A DNA stretch of 63,113 bases from an uncultured Gammaproteobacteria bacterium (GCA_964394645.1 CAYMYC010000005.1:1-63113), one strand, 5' to 3'. Shown: positions 1-9,794, counted from the first letter of the stretch. The notes: generated by a model not told the origin, from the letters alone. Translations and numbers: made by a program.

Positions 1-214
1 AGACTTATAGTGGTAAAAAAAGGTATAATGAGATATATCTGAATCTAGACCAACTATCATTTTTCTAAGCACATATCCTCCCCGTGAATGCGGGATAGCA
101 ACATTTACGCAAGATTTACTAAAATCGAGTCAAAAACTTCTGGGATCTCTTGTAGAATGCCGCGTTGCTGCTCTTAACTTAACTCCTTTAGACACATATA
201 AGTACCCTAAAGAG

Positions 215-2230
215 GTGGATTGGAAAATAGATCAGAATAACATTAACGATTACCTAAAGCTTGCGGAAAATATAAATAAAAACACAAATGTAACTGGAGT
301 AATAATCCAACATGAATATGGAATATTTGGCGGAACTGAAGGAGAATTACTTCTTGCATTCATGCAAAATTGTCGTAAACCAATGCTTGTGACACTCCAC
401 ACTGTTCTTCCAAACCCTAACCCAAAAATGAGAGAAATTACTGAAAGCATTATAAACCTTGCTAATACAGTTGTAGTGCTCACAAACAACTCAAAAAAAA
501 TTATAGAAACTCTCTACCCTAGATTTAGCAACAAAGTCTTTATGGTTCCTCACGGAATTCACTCTGTATCACAATCAAATCCAAAAAGCCACAAAATGAA
601 ATTACACTTAGAAAACCGTATTATTCTAAGCACATTTGGTCTTTTGGGTAGAGGAAAAGGAATAGAATATGTGCTTCAAGCGCTTCCAGAAGTCATCAAA
701 AAATATCCCTCCGTGCTATATCTTATTCTCGGAGAAACTCACCCAGTTGTAAGAAGGAACGAAGGAGAAAAATATAGAGTGGAACTTGCCAATCTTATAA
801 CAAAACTTAAGATTGAAAACCATGTAAAATTTTATGATCAATACTTTAACCTACCTGATTTATTTGATTTCCTAAAAGCAACTGATATCTACATAGCAAC
901 TTCAACTGACCCAAATCATGCAGTAAGTGGAACCTTCTCTTACGCACTAGGCACCGGACGCGCGGTAATAAGTACTGAATTTGCTCAAGCAAAGGAAATT
1001 ATTACGCCTGAAAATGGCAGGTTAGTACCTATTAAAGATCCTCCAGCGTTGACAAGTGCAATACTCAGCCTATTGGGAGATAAAAAAGGGCTTTCACAGA
1101 TGCATAAAAATGCATATAAAAATACGCGCAGCATGATGTGGAGCAATGTAGCACGAGAATACCTCTCCCTACTTGGTAAATTATCTGTGCCACCCATAAA
1201 AATTGACCACCTCATACATATGACTGATAATTTTGGATTATTTCAGTTCGCACGTCATTCAAATCCAAATAAAGATTCTGGTTACACACTAGATGATAAT
1301 ATTCGTGCTCTTATAGTATGCAGCTGGCTCATTAAAATTGGATATACAAATAAAACGCAACATCTCTTAAAGGTCTATCTTAAATTTGCCAAATATTGTC
1401 AGCAAGAAAACGGCTCTTTCATAAATTATGTAGGATATGATGATAAAAAGCCTACAAAACAAAATAACTCAGAAGACTTAGGAGATGCACAAATGCGTGC
1501 ACTATGGGGATTATCTGAAATAATGACAAATATAAAAATTTCCTCAGCTTTAAGAAACGAGGCAAAGCAAATTTTCCTACTTAATCTGAAGCAAAACACA
1601 AATCTCACACATTTACGTGCAAAAGCGTTGGCAATAAAATCTTTTTCCCTTGCTTTACCAGTACTCCCAGAAATGAAACTTCTGCTCAACGCCAAAATAA
1701 AGGAATATGCAGATTCGCTTCTTTACGCATTAACCAAAAACTCAATTAAATCTTGGAGATGGTTTGAGCATGACTTAAATTATAACAATGCTCTCCTTCC
1801 TGAAAGTTTACTTATAGCGGGTGACACTTTAAAAAATGATGAATATACGAATCAAGGACTTTTAAGCTTACAATTTCTTATTAGTAAAACATTTTCTAAA
1901 ACATACATACCAATAGGACACACAAATTGGTATAAAAATAAGGAAAAAAGAAGCAGCTATGATCAACAACCAGAAGATCCCGCTTCAATGATTCTTGCGT
2001 TAGCTTGCGCATATCGCTACACTGGAAAGGATAATTATAGAAAATTGGCTAATATATGCTTTAGTTGGTTTCTTGGCAATAACAGTTTAAAAAAAGCGCT
2101 TTATGATCATGCAAACGGTGGTTGTTATGATGGGTTACACCCTGACCGAGTCAACCTAAATCAAGGAGCAGAATCACAAGTATCGTATTTAATGTCAAGT
2201 ATTGTAATCACGCAATTAAATGAAAATTAA
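215..2230 (+). CDS. GT4 glycosyltransferase fused to C-terminal glycosidase-like (alpha/alpha toroid) domain; reading frame is open from nt 32
   Basis: GT-B motifs (TFGLLGRGKGIEY, SGTFSYALGTGRAVIST). The C-half has GLFQFA..GYTLDDNIRAL and GGCYDGL..NLNQGAES. The conserved N-terminal STYPPRECGIATF lies upstream of the GTG at 215, in frame. Confidence 0.8.
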   Translation: MDWKIDQNNINDYLKLAENINKNTNVTGVIIQHEYGIFGGTEGELLLAFMQNCRKPMLVTLHTVLPNPNPKMREITESIINLANTVVVLTNNSKKIIETLYPRFSNKVFMVPHGIHSVSQSNPKSHKMKLHLENRIILSTFGLLGRGKGIEYVLQALPEVIKKYPSVLYLILGETHPVVRRNEGEKYRVELANLITKLKIENHVKFYDQYFNLPDLFDFLKATDIYIATSTDPNHAVSGTFSYALGTGRAVISTEFAQAKEIITPENGRLVPIKDPPALTSAILSLLGDKKGLSQMHKNAYKNTRSMMWSNVAREYLSLLGKLSVPPIKIDHLIHMTDNFGLFQFARHSNPNKDSGYTLDDNIRALIVCSWLIKIGYTNKTQHLLKVYLKFAKYCQQENGSFINYVGYDDKKPTKQNNSEDLGDAQMRALWGLSEIMTNIKISSALRNEAKQIFLLNLKQNTNLTHLRAKALAIKSFSLALPVLPEMKLLLNAKIKEYADSLLYALTKNSIKSWRWFEHDLNYNNALLPESLLIAGDTLKNDEYTNQGLLSLQFLISKTFSKTYIPIGHTNWYKNKEKRSSYDQQPEDPASMILALACAYRYTGKDNYRKLANICFSWFLGNNSLKKALYDHANGGCYDGLHPDRVNLNQGAESQVSYLMSSIVITQLNEN

Positions 2231-3167
2231 ACAAATTAAATATATTTTTCCAAATATAGATGTAGCGCGCTACAATCTGGCAGTATGGCAAAAAACAGAT
2301 GATAATTCCGTATGTTTTATAGGTCGTGAGGTAACAAGACCTGGTGAAAATGGTGAACCTGATACTGGAATTCTAAAACTGTTTGAGATAGATCAAAACG
2401 GTATAACTATACACGAACGCATTATATGGAAACCGTTATACGACAATATTAACTTGGAAGACCCACGAGCACTTCTTCTGGACAATGGAAATTTACTAAT
2501 AGGACTCACATCAGTTCTAAGAGGCAAAACTGGAAAACCAGTTCCATTTCCAGCTATTGTTAAAATAGACTCCCTCCTTTCATGGAAACAAGAACTTCCC
2601 CCATTTCTTTTCATAGGTACCTTCGGTCCTGGGAAAAATTTAACTCCGATTGATAACACTACATACCTATTTCGCCCTGAATCTGAGGACTACTACCATA
2701 AACTATTAGTATTCACACTTCACTCACAAGTTCCGGAAAAACTGGGAGACATAGTCTTCCCTGTTAATTTACCATGGGCAACTTGGAGAATGGGAACTAC
2801 CATGCCTCCACTGTGGATTACACCACATGAAGCACTTTTTATTATTCATGGAATTTCAAAAAAAATAATTGACGGTAGCGAAAAATATGTATACAGCATT
2901 GGACGTGCAAAATTAACCCGACAGGAAAATCAATTTCAGGTTACGGTAGCACCAGACCCAATACTCACACCAGATAATTTCCTAGATAAAAACGGCTCTC
3001 CGCTTGTAGAAGAACTACACCCTGAGGAAAGGCGTGTTATTTATTCCTGTGGTGGACTGATAAAAAAAGAGGAAAGAGACACGCTATCTTTGTATGTAAA
3101 TGTTGGTGACAGAACTACTTTTGAGGTTGAATTTTCTTTATCTGAACTTACCCAAGGTCTATTTTAA
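2220..3167 (+). CDS. GH130/DUF377-like glycosidase or phosphorylase (beta-propeller)
   Basis: LEDPR, GPGKN and VIYSCGG motifs; overlaps the GT4 gene stop. Confidence 0.6.
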   Translation: MKIKQIKYIFPNIDVARYNLAVWQKTDDNSVCFIGREVTRPGENGEPDTGILKLFEIDQNGITIHERIIWKPLYDNINLEDPRALLLDNGNLLIGLTSVLRGKTGKPVPFPAIVKIDSLLSWKQELPPFLFIGTFGPGKNLTPIDNTTYLFRPESEDYYHKLLVFTLHSQVPEKLGDIVFPVNLPWATWRMGTTMPPLWITPHEALFIIHGISKKIIDGSEKYVYSIGRAKLTRQENQFQVTVAPDPILTPDNFLDKNGSPLVEELHPEERRVIYSCGGLIKKEERDTLSLYVNVGDRTTFEVEFSLSELTQGLF

Positions 3168-3230
3168 GCTTTATACCAACCTATTTAACTAAAAAAATCT
3201 ACTTAACCTGTTCAGCAACGGCTTGCCTGT

Positions 3231-3893
3231 ATGAATTCCTATCCCACGGGGTTGAATATTTTTTTTGTTTACATTATTCTAAGTATGATAGAATTTATGA
3301 CTGAAGAATTATCTACAAGCGGAAAAAATAATTTACAAGGAGCTGGAGCTGAAAAAAGGTCAAATCCTCTTACGTCTTTTATTCATGATAATTCTCGCGT
3401 CAAAAAATCTCAGGATGATGAGTTGATAGATATACATATTGGAAATCCGCTGCGTAAAATTACAAAACTACTTGAAGATATCAAACAGCAGAAAGCATTT
3501 TCATTTACCCTGAAAGGCTCGCTTGGCATTATGGGAATTGCAGTAGTATTGGGCACATTTGGAATAATGGGCGGAACGCGCGCCTTCTGTGAAAAAGGTA
3601 TTCAAACTAGAATTGGTAAAATTACATCACTCACATACGAAGATTCATTAAGGCCAAATCTTTTCTCCTATTTTCCTTTTTTAGAAGATTTTGCGGGAGG
3701 AAAAACTGAAAAAAGAACAGTTCTTATAGAAGAAGATAGATCAGTACTGAAACTTATATTTAAGAATCATTTTTCAGCAATTGCCTTGTCTTATAATACT
3801 GACTATTTTGTAACTGGTTCGTATGATTCATGTACTCAGTCTATAACTTTAGAAAATCCAAACTCACTTCAACCATATAGTGAGTCGAATTAA
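3231..3893 (+). CDS. hypothetical single-TM membrane protein (likely start 3285 or 3297)
   Basis: ORF with one hydrophobic segment (LGIMGIAVVLGTFGIMGG); TATGAT lies 7 nt before ATG 3297. Confidence 0.55.
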   Translation: MNSYPTGLNIFFVYIILSMIEFMTEELSTSGKNNLQGAGAEKRSNPLTSFIHDNSRVKKSQDDELIDIHIGNPLRKITKLLEDIKQQKAFSFTLKGSLGIMGIAVVLGTFGIMGGTRAFCEKGIQTRIGKITSLTYEDSLRPNLFSYFPFLEDFAGGKTEKRTVLIEEDRSVLKLIFKNHFSAIALSYNTDYFVTGSYDSCTQSITLENPNSLQPYSESN

Positions 3894-4570
3894 AAAGGAA
3901 TATCATCTTCTGAACCTGAATCTATAAAATAAGCCCTGTATTTACAAAGACCACAAGAATCAGAAGGAAGTGGCTTATCTCCATCTAATACTTTTGAAAT
4001 ATCTGCAATAAGTGAATAAAATTTATCCATATTAGTTTTAACTTCATGATATCGGGGAATTGCCGTGAAAACTATTTTCCCGTCTTGTAGTCTCATCTCT
4101 TCTGGATTTACACTTACAATTCCTAATTTTGAGATCTGAACTGGCTCCCCTTTCTCAGGATTTTCTAATGCGAATTTATATGCATGTAATTGGCTTGAGT
4201 ATTTGTCTAATAATTTTTCCTCATCGGGTGGAGTTATCTTAAAATCGATAACCGTATGCGTACCATCCTCTAGTCGAGTAAGAATATCAAACCTTCCCTG
4301 AATGTAACAATTCGTGGCTCCAGGAATTGGTATTGACCTGAGAAATCCTTCCTGCACTGAAATGATTCCTGACGGAAGCCCCGGGTGAATAGAATTTAAG
4401 TTGTTACCCATAATTGAATCCTGAAGCAATTTATTTATGCGTGTAAACATTGAGGGGAAAATACCAGGTAACGCTATCCCATACTTAATCTTATGATAGT
4501 AACAGTGCTTACAGTCATTCCACAAATAACCAAAATCAGAAGGTGATAATTTATATCTTTTGTCCTGCAT
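3890..4570 (-). CDS. PD-(D/E)XK nuclease family protein (Cas4/AddB-like, stand-alone)
   Basis: LSPS..CxxC, GRFD..IDFK, QLHAY and C-terminal CxxC. Confidence 0.75.
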   Translation of the reverse strand: MQDKRYKLSPSDFGYLWNDCKHCYYHKIKYGIALPGIFPSMFTRINKLLQDSIMGNNLNSIHPGLPSGIISVQEGFLRSIPIPGATNCYIQGRFDILTRLEDGTHTVIDFKITPPDEEKLLDKYSSQLHAYKFALENPEKGEPVQISKLGIVSVNPEEMRLQDGKIVFTAIPRYHEVKTNMDKFYSLIADISKVLDGDKPLPSDSCGLCKYRAYFIDSGSEDDIPF

Positions 4571-4683
4571 GCTATGTTTATTATACTGCTGAGCTTCTCA
4601 GATTGCGAATATTGTAAAATAAATATATAAATACTTATCCTCTTATCCCGTATTTTGAGACCACCAGATACAAAGTTGAAACG

Positions 4684-5070
4684 ATGGTAGAATTGTCTTC
4701 CATAAAACATGGTAAAACAGTTGCAGATCTAGGCTCAGGAGATGGAAGAATATCTATTGCTTTTGCAAAAAGAGGGGGAATTGTAACAGGATATGAATTA
4801 GATCCGGAGTTAGTCAAAAAATCAAACATATTAATAAGTCAAGCAAAGATAAATCAAAGCATACATATTTTAAATAAAGATTTTTGGAGCACTAATTTAT
4901 CTAAATTTGACATAGTCACAATTTATCCTATGCCTGATATAATGCTTCCTCTTGAAAAAAAATTATTGAATGAGTTAAAACCAGGAGCACAAGTACTTAC
5001 AAATTATTACCAATTTCCGAAATGGGTAAGTATAGTATGCAAAAATAACATATACCTATACCAGTCATAA
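4684..5070 (+). CDS. class I SAM-dependent methyltransferase; frame open upstream to 4618
   Basis: ADLGSGDGR motif I; a PYFET N-terminal motif lies in frame upstream of the first ATG. Confidence 0.8.
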   Translation: MVELSSIKHGKTVADLGSGDGRISIAFAKRGGIVTGYELDPELVKKSNILISQAKINQSIHILNKDFWSTNLSKFDIVTIYPMPDIMLPLEKKLLNELKPGAQVLTNYYQFPKWVSIVCKNNIYLYQS

Positions 5071-5094
5071 AGTAATCAGGTAGTTATCGCTAAA

Positions 5095-5121
5095 AGTGGC
5101 ACAAAGATTGTTTGTGCCACT
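5095..5121 (-). terminator. intrinsic terminator of the DUF378 gene
   Basis: 11-bp stem AGTGGCACAAA/TTTGTGCCACT, followed by a T-run on the minus strand. Confidence 0.65.
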
Positions 5122-5131
5122 GAAGTAACAA

Positions 5132-5329
5132 TTACTTCATTTGTTTTGGCAGCACTACTACAGCAACATACACTGCAGAAAGACCTACCAAAATATATAC
5201 TATATTTGAAATAAGCGATCCAACTCCAAATATTGCGGCAACTAGATCAAATTGAAATAGTCCAACTAAACCCCAGTTCAAACCGCCTACTATTAAAAGC
5301 ACGAAGGCAACCATTGTTAATACTTTCAT
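5132..5329 (-). CDS. DUF378 family small membrane protein
   Basis: LLIVGGLNWGLVG..IVYILVGLSA; GGAGGTGA lies 5 nt upstream of ATG 5329. Confidence 0.85.
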   Translation of the reverse strand: MKVLTMVAFVLLIVGGLNWGLVGLFQFDLVAAIFGVGSLISNIVYILVGLSAVYVAVVVLPKQMK

Positions 5330-5475
5330 TTTCTTCACCTCCTCTCAAAAATCATATAAAAAGAAAGGGATAGCTTTTCTAGAAGATAAAACGAGGCAAG
5401 AGGTGTATACATAAAAAAACCCTCACTTATATATACAATATCAAGCGTTTTATAACTTGACAAGTAGTAAACCCA

Positions 5476-5829
5476 CTATGGTTTCTTATTTTCTAATACA
5501 TTATGAGTTAAAAATAAAACTGCTATTAAGAATATAGGGAAAGATACGAGCGTAAAATTAATAGGTGAAGTATATGTTCTGAAAAAAATTGTAGCAAATA
5601 AACCCAAAATAAAGAATATTCCTCCACCTAGCCGCTCATGCCTCCAGGCAATAATTAATGCCATAAGGAAAATAATATTTGGAATTAAATGTATCACAAG
5701 ACTTAGTAAAACTTCAGAACCAGATTTTGAAAGAGAAAATACATCAGCTGCGAAAATTCCTAGAAAGCAGATGTATAAAATAGATAACCCCCGTGAAACA
5801 GCAAAGGAAACATCACGCACCTTATTCAT
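5476..5829 (-). CDS. hypothetical membrane protein (about 4 TM)
   Basis: Hydrophobic ORF. Confidence 0.6.
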   Translation of the reverse strand: MNKVRDVSFAVSRGLSILYICFLGIFAADVFSLSKSGSEVLLSLVIHLIPNIIFLMALIIAWRHERLGGGIFFILGLFATIFFRTYTSPINFTLVSFPIFLIAVLFLTHNVLENKKP

Positions 5830-5891
5830 GTTATAAGTGTATCACCAGTTAATAAAAAGTATGTGAGCTAGCTCAAATAGATTTATTGAGA

Positions 5892-7067
5892 CTAAAAAGC
5901 TGAATCTTTCTTCATACCTTTTTGCATTACATTGAAGGAAAGGAAGAAGCATAAGGCTACCAAAAGAGCACCCACAATAAAAGGTAAAGGTATTGCAATT
6001 GTAGCAAGAAGCCCACCTAATATAGGTCCTATGATCATCCCCATGCTTTGATATGAAGCATTTAACCCCATTATAGACCCTTGCGATTTTGCATCAGCCT
6101 CCTGAGATAAAATTGCAGGAATTAGAGTCTGTACGATACTATTAAATAACCCGAGAATAACCATAGCAAAAACAAAAATAGTGACAGAATTAAATAACGG
6201 CATAATAAGCATGGCAAGAGCTGTAAAAACTATTGATACCATAAATGCACGCTTAACCCCTAACCATTTAGAAAATCTTTGAACTAATAATGTTTGAGTT
6301 ATAAGACCCACGACACCAAAAAGAGTAAAGAGCATAGCATTTTGGGATGATGATAGATGCAACACATTCAAAACAAATGGTTGAAACCCATAAATAATTG
6401 AACACGAGAAGGCAAGAAAAAATATAAGTGAGATGAGAAATGTAGGACCAACTTCAGGATTTACAAGCGTTTTTACCATTAGCGGAAAATCAAATAGTTT
6501 TCCATGTCTTACTTCACCCATATGCTTGTTTGTTTCAGGAAGAAAAAGCATGGTTAAAATAGCCGCAATGAGCGTAATTACTCCAGCAATAATAAAGGGT
6601 ACTCCCTCTCCAAAACCTATGGTAAAAGCAGCGACTGCGGGTCCAAACACAAATCCAAAACTAAAAGCTGCTCCGACTAAACCAAACGCGCGCGGACGAT
6701 CCTCAGGTTTTGTGGAATCTGAAATTACAGCAAATACGACAGGAATATTTCCCGCAGTTAATCCGTCAAGTGCTCGGGCAAGAAACAAAAATAACGCATT
6801 TGGAGCAAATGCCATAATAAAAAATGATGCTACTGTCCCCAAAATTGAAGTAACTAATAAAGGGCGTCTTCCATACTTATCAGACAAACGACCTATAATT
6901 GGGGTTGACGCAAATTGACAGATTGAAAAAATAGCAAACAGTAGACCGTTTTCAAAGTCTGATAAGCCAAATTTTTTAGAATAACCGTAAAGGATCGGAA
7001 TAATTATTCCGTATCCAAGCATATTCACCATCGCAATAAGTGCAATTATTAATAAATTCCTGTTCAT
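5892..7067 (-). CDS. MFS transporter, TetA/DHA1-like
   Basis: GRLSDKYGRR motif A, ARALDG, about 12 TM. Confidence 0.9.
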   Translation of the reverse strand: MNRNLLIIALIAMVNMLGYGIIIPILYGYSKKFGLSDFENGLLFAIFSICQFASTPIIGRLSDKYGRRPLLVTSILGTVASFFIMAFAPNALFLFLARALDGLTAGNIPVVFAVISDSTKPEDRPRAFGLVGAAFSFGFVFGPAVAAFTIGFGEGVPFIIAGVITLIAAILTMLFLPETNKHMGEVRHGKLFDFPLMVKTLVNPEVGPTFLISLIFFLAFSCSIIYGFQPFVLNVLHLSSSQNAMLFTLFGVVGLITQTLLVQRFSKWLGVKRAFMVSIVFTALAMLIMPLFNSVTIFVFAMVILGLFNSIVQTLIPAILSQEADAKSQGSIMGLNASYQSMGMIIGPILGGLLATIAIPLPFIVGALLVALCFFLSFNVMQKGMKKDSAF

Positions 7068-7148
7068 GTGTATAAATTATATACGCAAAATTTCCGTACG
7101 CATATCAACTTCTATTCTACCAAAAATCAGGAATTTTCAGAATAGCTT

Positions 7149-7523
7149 TTATTTCTTTACATCATGCTCATGCAGTGCATCTTCACGAGTTTTATGTATA
7201 GTTCCGTCTAGATGCTCAGGTGGTGCGTAAATTGTGTATAATTTTAAATCACCGTCTCCCAAATTTATTATATTATGAACGGTACCTGCTGGGACAAATA
7301 ATACATCGTTCCTCGATACATCTTTTTCTTCCCCATTTAGGATTGCTTTTGCTCTACCATCAACAAAAACCAAAATCTGATCTGTGTTTGGATGCGCCTC
7401 TTCCCCAATTTCACTCCCTTTAAGAACACTCATTATTACAAGCTGAGCTTTTTTCCCCGTATGTAAAACTTTCCGAAAATATGTATTATTCTGCGTAAGA
7501 TTGTAAATATCTTCTTTGAACAT
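7149..7523 (-). CDS. cupin domain protein
   Basis: EIGEEAHPNTDQ and VPAGTVHN cupin motifs; strong SD. Confidence 0.85.
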   Translation of the reverse strand: MFKEDIYNLTQNNTYFRKVLHTGKKAQLVIMSVLKGSEIGEEAHPNTDQILVFVDGRAKAILNGEEKDVSRNDVLFVPAGTVHNIINLGDGDLKLYTIYAPPEHLDGTIHKTREDALHEHDVKK

Positions 7524-7535
7524 GCTTCACCTCCC

Positions 7536-7631
7536 CTACCGTATGCTATGTTTATAAAACCTCCATAAAATCTTTATATCCCTAAAGTAATCTTTAAATT
7601 CACAGATAGTAATCCTTATTATTAACTTCAT
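7536..7631 (-). CDS. putative 31-aa small ORF upstream of the cupin gene (MKLIIRITICEFKDYFRDIKILWRFYKHSIR)
   Basis: ATG-initiated ORF read by hand; its TAG stop abuts the cupin SD; TATAGT lies 8 nt upstream. Confidence 0.3.
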   Translation of the reverse strand: MKLIIRITICEFKDYFRDIKILWRFYKHSIR

Positions 7632-7667
7632 CTTACAAAACTATAAACCTTTTTAGTTACTACTTCA

Positions 7668-8069
7668 TTGATTAGAATCAACGACATGGAACCGTACAGT
7701 TATTACCATATAATGGTGATTAGATTAATTAAAATTGGACACTATGTTCTTTTTGAAACTAAAACAGATACAAAAATACTATGTTTGGATGAGACTAAAT
7801 CCTACGCTTGCATATTTGCTGAAGGTATTGGAAAAATACTCGTTCAAGCAAAAAATATACACGAAATAAACTGCATACTTTCTAGGGGAACTTACCGAAT
7901 GTACGATGTCATAAACGAACCTAATCTTACCGACTTGACCCATTTAGAACTATTTGTAGGAGAAGGTCATTGGCAAGGATATCTATTACCTAATAACATG
8001 CCAGGGGATAAGAAAAAAAGGGCAAGAATAATTCCCACAAGAGAACTAATTACGAGAAGCTCATTTTAA
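7668..8069 (+). CDS. hypothetical protein
   Basis: ORF only. Confidence 0.55.
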   Translation: MIRINDMEPYSYYHIMVIRLIKIGHYVLFETKTDTKILCLDETKSYACIFAEGIGKILVQAKNIHEINCILSRGTYRMYDVINEPNLTDLTHLELFVGEGHWQGYLLPNNMPGDKKKRARIIPTRELITRSSF

Positions 8070-8716
8070 ACTCCACCTAAAACTTCCGCTTTTAAGCGTT
8101 CTATATTCTCTACCACTAAAAAATTTCTATTAAAACTCACCAAATTTTTATCTTTTAAAATTTTCAGCTCACGACTTACAGTCTCTCTAGTCATACCTGT
8201 TAATGCTGCCAAATCTTTCTCTGAAACAGACAGAACGCTTCCTCCGGAGGAATTTTTCTCACCAAACCGCTCCAACTGAATTACTAACTCTGAAATAAGC
8301 CGCTCATATGCACTCCCTCCCATAAGATATGCCATTCGCACCATCATTCCGTCAGTTCCAGAGTATACGCGTGCTAAGAGATCAAACATTACATCAGTAT
8401 TTTGCTTAACAAATGCTAAAACATCATCCTTGGGTGCCCTTCTAAATTGACAATCGGTAAAAGCCTCAAAATAGTATTTGTTGTATGTATTATTTAATGC
8501 GTATGACATGGGGAAAAAAGAATAGGACTTAAAAACATTAACTACCAGCTCCTCTCCTTTTTTAGATATAAGATATTCTTTAACAACTCCAGATGTTAAA
8601 TAAAAGATACCCGTAGGCTCTTCTTCAGCTCTTATAATAATCTCACCTTTCTTCACAACCTGAAGCCTATATTGAGAGAAAAAAATATCAAGTTTTTGAC
8701 GTACTGCAGGTATCAC
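8066..8716 (-). CDS. Crp/Fnr family transcriptional regulator
   Basis: cNMP-binding N-domain plus HTH (LAALTGMTRETVSRELK). Confidence 0.9.
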   Translation of the reverse strand: MIPAVRQKLDIFFSQYRLQVVKKGEIIIRAEEEPTGIFYLTSGVVKEYLISKKGEELVVNVFKSYSFFPMSYALNNTYNKYYFEAFTDCQFRRAPKDDVLAFVKQNTDVMFDLLARVYSGTDGMMVRMAYLMGGSAYERLISELVIQLERFGEKNSSGGSVLSVSEKDLAALTGMTRETVSRELKILKDKNLVSFNRNFLVVENIERLKAEVLGGV

Positions 8717-8749
8717 GAGTATATTGTAGCAAATAAAACTTTAAATAAG

Positions 8750-9220
8750 TTAATTTAGTATGGCGATTGAGATATTCAACAATAAAGCAAAGCTAACCCA
8801 TACAATATAAGGGTACAATAAGTAACCTGAAATTCTTGAAACTTTTGAAAATAACTTTATACACATAAAAATACTTATCCAAAGAAAAATTATTACGAAA
8901 ACTGAGAACCAGGGCATATGAAGATAAAAAAACACATAAGACCAAAGAAAATTTAAAATTAGTTGCGTCATAAAAAACTTTACTGCTAAATTATATATTT
9001 TCTTGTTTTTTGTTTTCTTGTCCCAAATAATATAAAACGCAGTCCCCATCATAAGATATAGAATTGACCAGACTGGAGCAAATACAAATCCTGGGGGAGT
9101 AAAAAATGGCTTTTCAAGTGACGCATACCATGTTGGAATTGAAGGATATGTTACAAGACTTCCAAGTCCAGCAATAATAAAACAAATAGATAGTGCAACT
9201 ATAAACTTAATAAATCTCAT
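8750..9220 (-). CDS. tspO: TspO/MBR tryptophan-rich sensory protein
   Basis: WYASLEKPFFTPPGFVFAPVW, QLILNFLWS, YPYIVWVSFA. Confidence 0.9.
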   Translation of the reverse strand: MRFIKFIVALSICFIIAGLGSLVTYPSIPTWYASLEKPFFTPPGFVFAPVWSILYLMMGTAFYIIWDKKTKNKKIYNLAVKFFMTQLILNFLWSYVFFYLHMPWFSVFVIIFLWISIFMCIKLFSKVSRISGYLLYPYIVWVSFALLLNISIAILN

Positions 9221-9253
9221 ATGATTAGTGTTTGAAAAAATGCATACAAATTT

Positions 9254-9493
9254 CTACAAATTTTTTCCACTAAATGAAGTGAATATTTTTTGTGATATAC
9301 TCTGTCCTTTTATCTTTCCTGGTATAAAATTGTTCCTTCCATCTGTATGGTCTACCAAGTCTATTGCCTGATCTGTTGTACTTTCAAATGATTGCCCAAA
9401 TGTCGCAACAGGTATAAAGAGAAAAAGAACAATTACTGAAACTACAAGAATCATAGATAATGCTTTGAAACTTCTAGAATGGTCATTTTCCAT
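9254..9493 (-). CDS. hypothetical protein with N-terminal TM
   Basis: ORF only. Confidence 0.45.
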   Translation of the reverse strand: MENDHSRSFKALSMILVVSVIVLFLFIPVATFGQSFESTTDQAIDLVDHTDGRNNFIPGKIKGQSISQKIFTSFSGKNL

Positions 9494-9553
9494 ATTGACT
9501 AACTATTTCAAAATTCTATACAAAAAAATACACAATATAAGGATTTATCTATA

Positions 9554-9579
9554 CGGCGCTAAGATTCGGCGCTAAGATT
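9554..9579. repeat. perfect 13-bp tandem duplication (CGGCGCTAAGATT x2)
   Basis: Read directly in intergenic DNA. Confidence 0.9.
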
Positions 9580-9599
9580 TTTTTAGAAGCTGAAAAAAG

Positions 9600-9794
9600 C
9601 TACTTATTTTTTGACCCCATTTGCATTCCAATCCAATTACCAATCCAAACTGCTATAAAAACTACAACACCTAACTCAAAACTTGCTGAAAAGAACCACG
9701 CAATAAGTCCACCAATTGCAGAGGGAATAATAAATATTTTGTATTTATCCCATATTTTTTCTTTTGAATGTGTTTTTATTTTTTTATTTGCCAT
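9600..9794 (-). CDS. small membrane protein
   Basis: Two hydrophobic segments; ATG at 9794. Confidence 0.5.
   Translation of the reverse strand: MANKKIKTHSKEKIWDKYKIFIIPSAIGGLIAWFFSASFELGVVVFIAVWIGNWIGMQMGSKNK

Noticed and set aside
3890-4570. Cas4-like nuclease as a sign of a CRISPR system
   Set aside because: No repeat-spacer array or other cas genes are visible; solo PD-(D/E)XK proteins are common.
6433-6918. Long antisense or alternate-frame ORFs (e.g. 6433-6918, 43453-43989, 60414-60735)
   Set aside because: They lie wholly within well-supported genes and reflect codon bias or low-complexity repeats.
4569-7555. 13-bp ATGCTATGTTTAT shared by 4569-4581 and 7543-7555
   Set aside because: AT-rich and in different positions relative to genes; plausible by chance.
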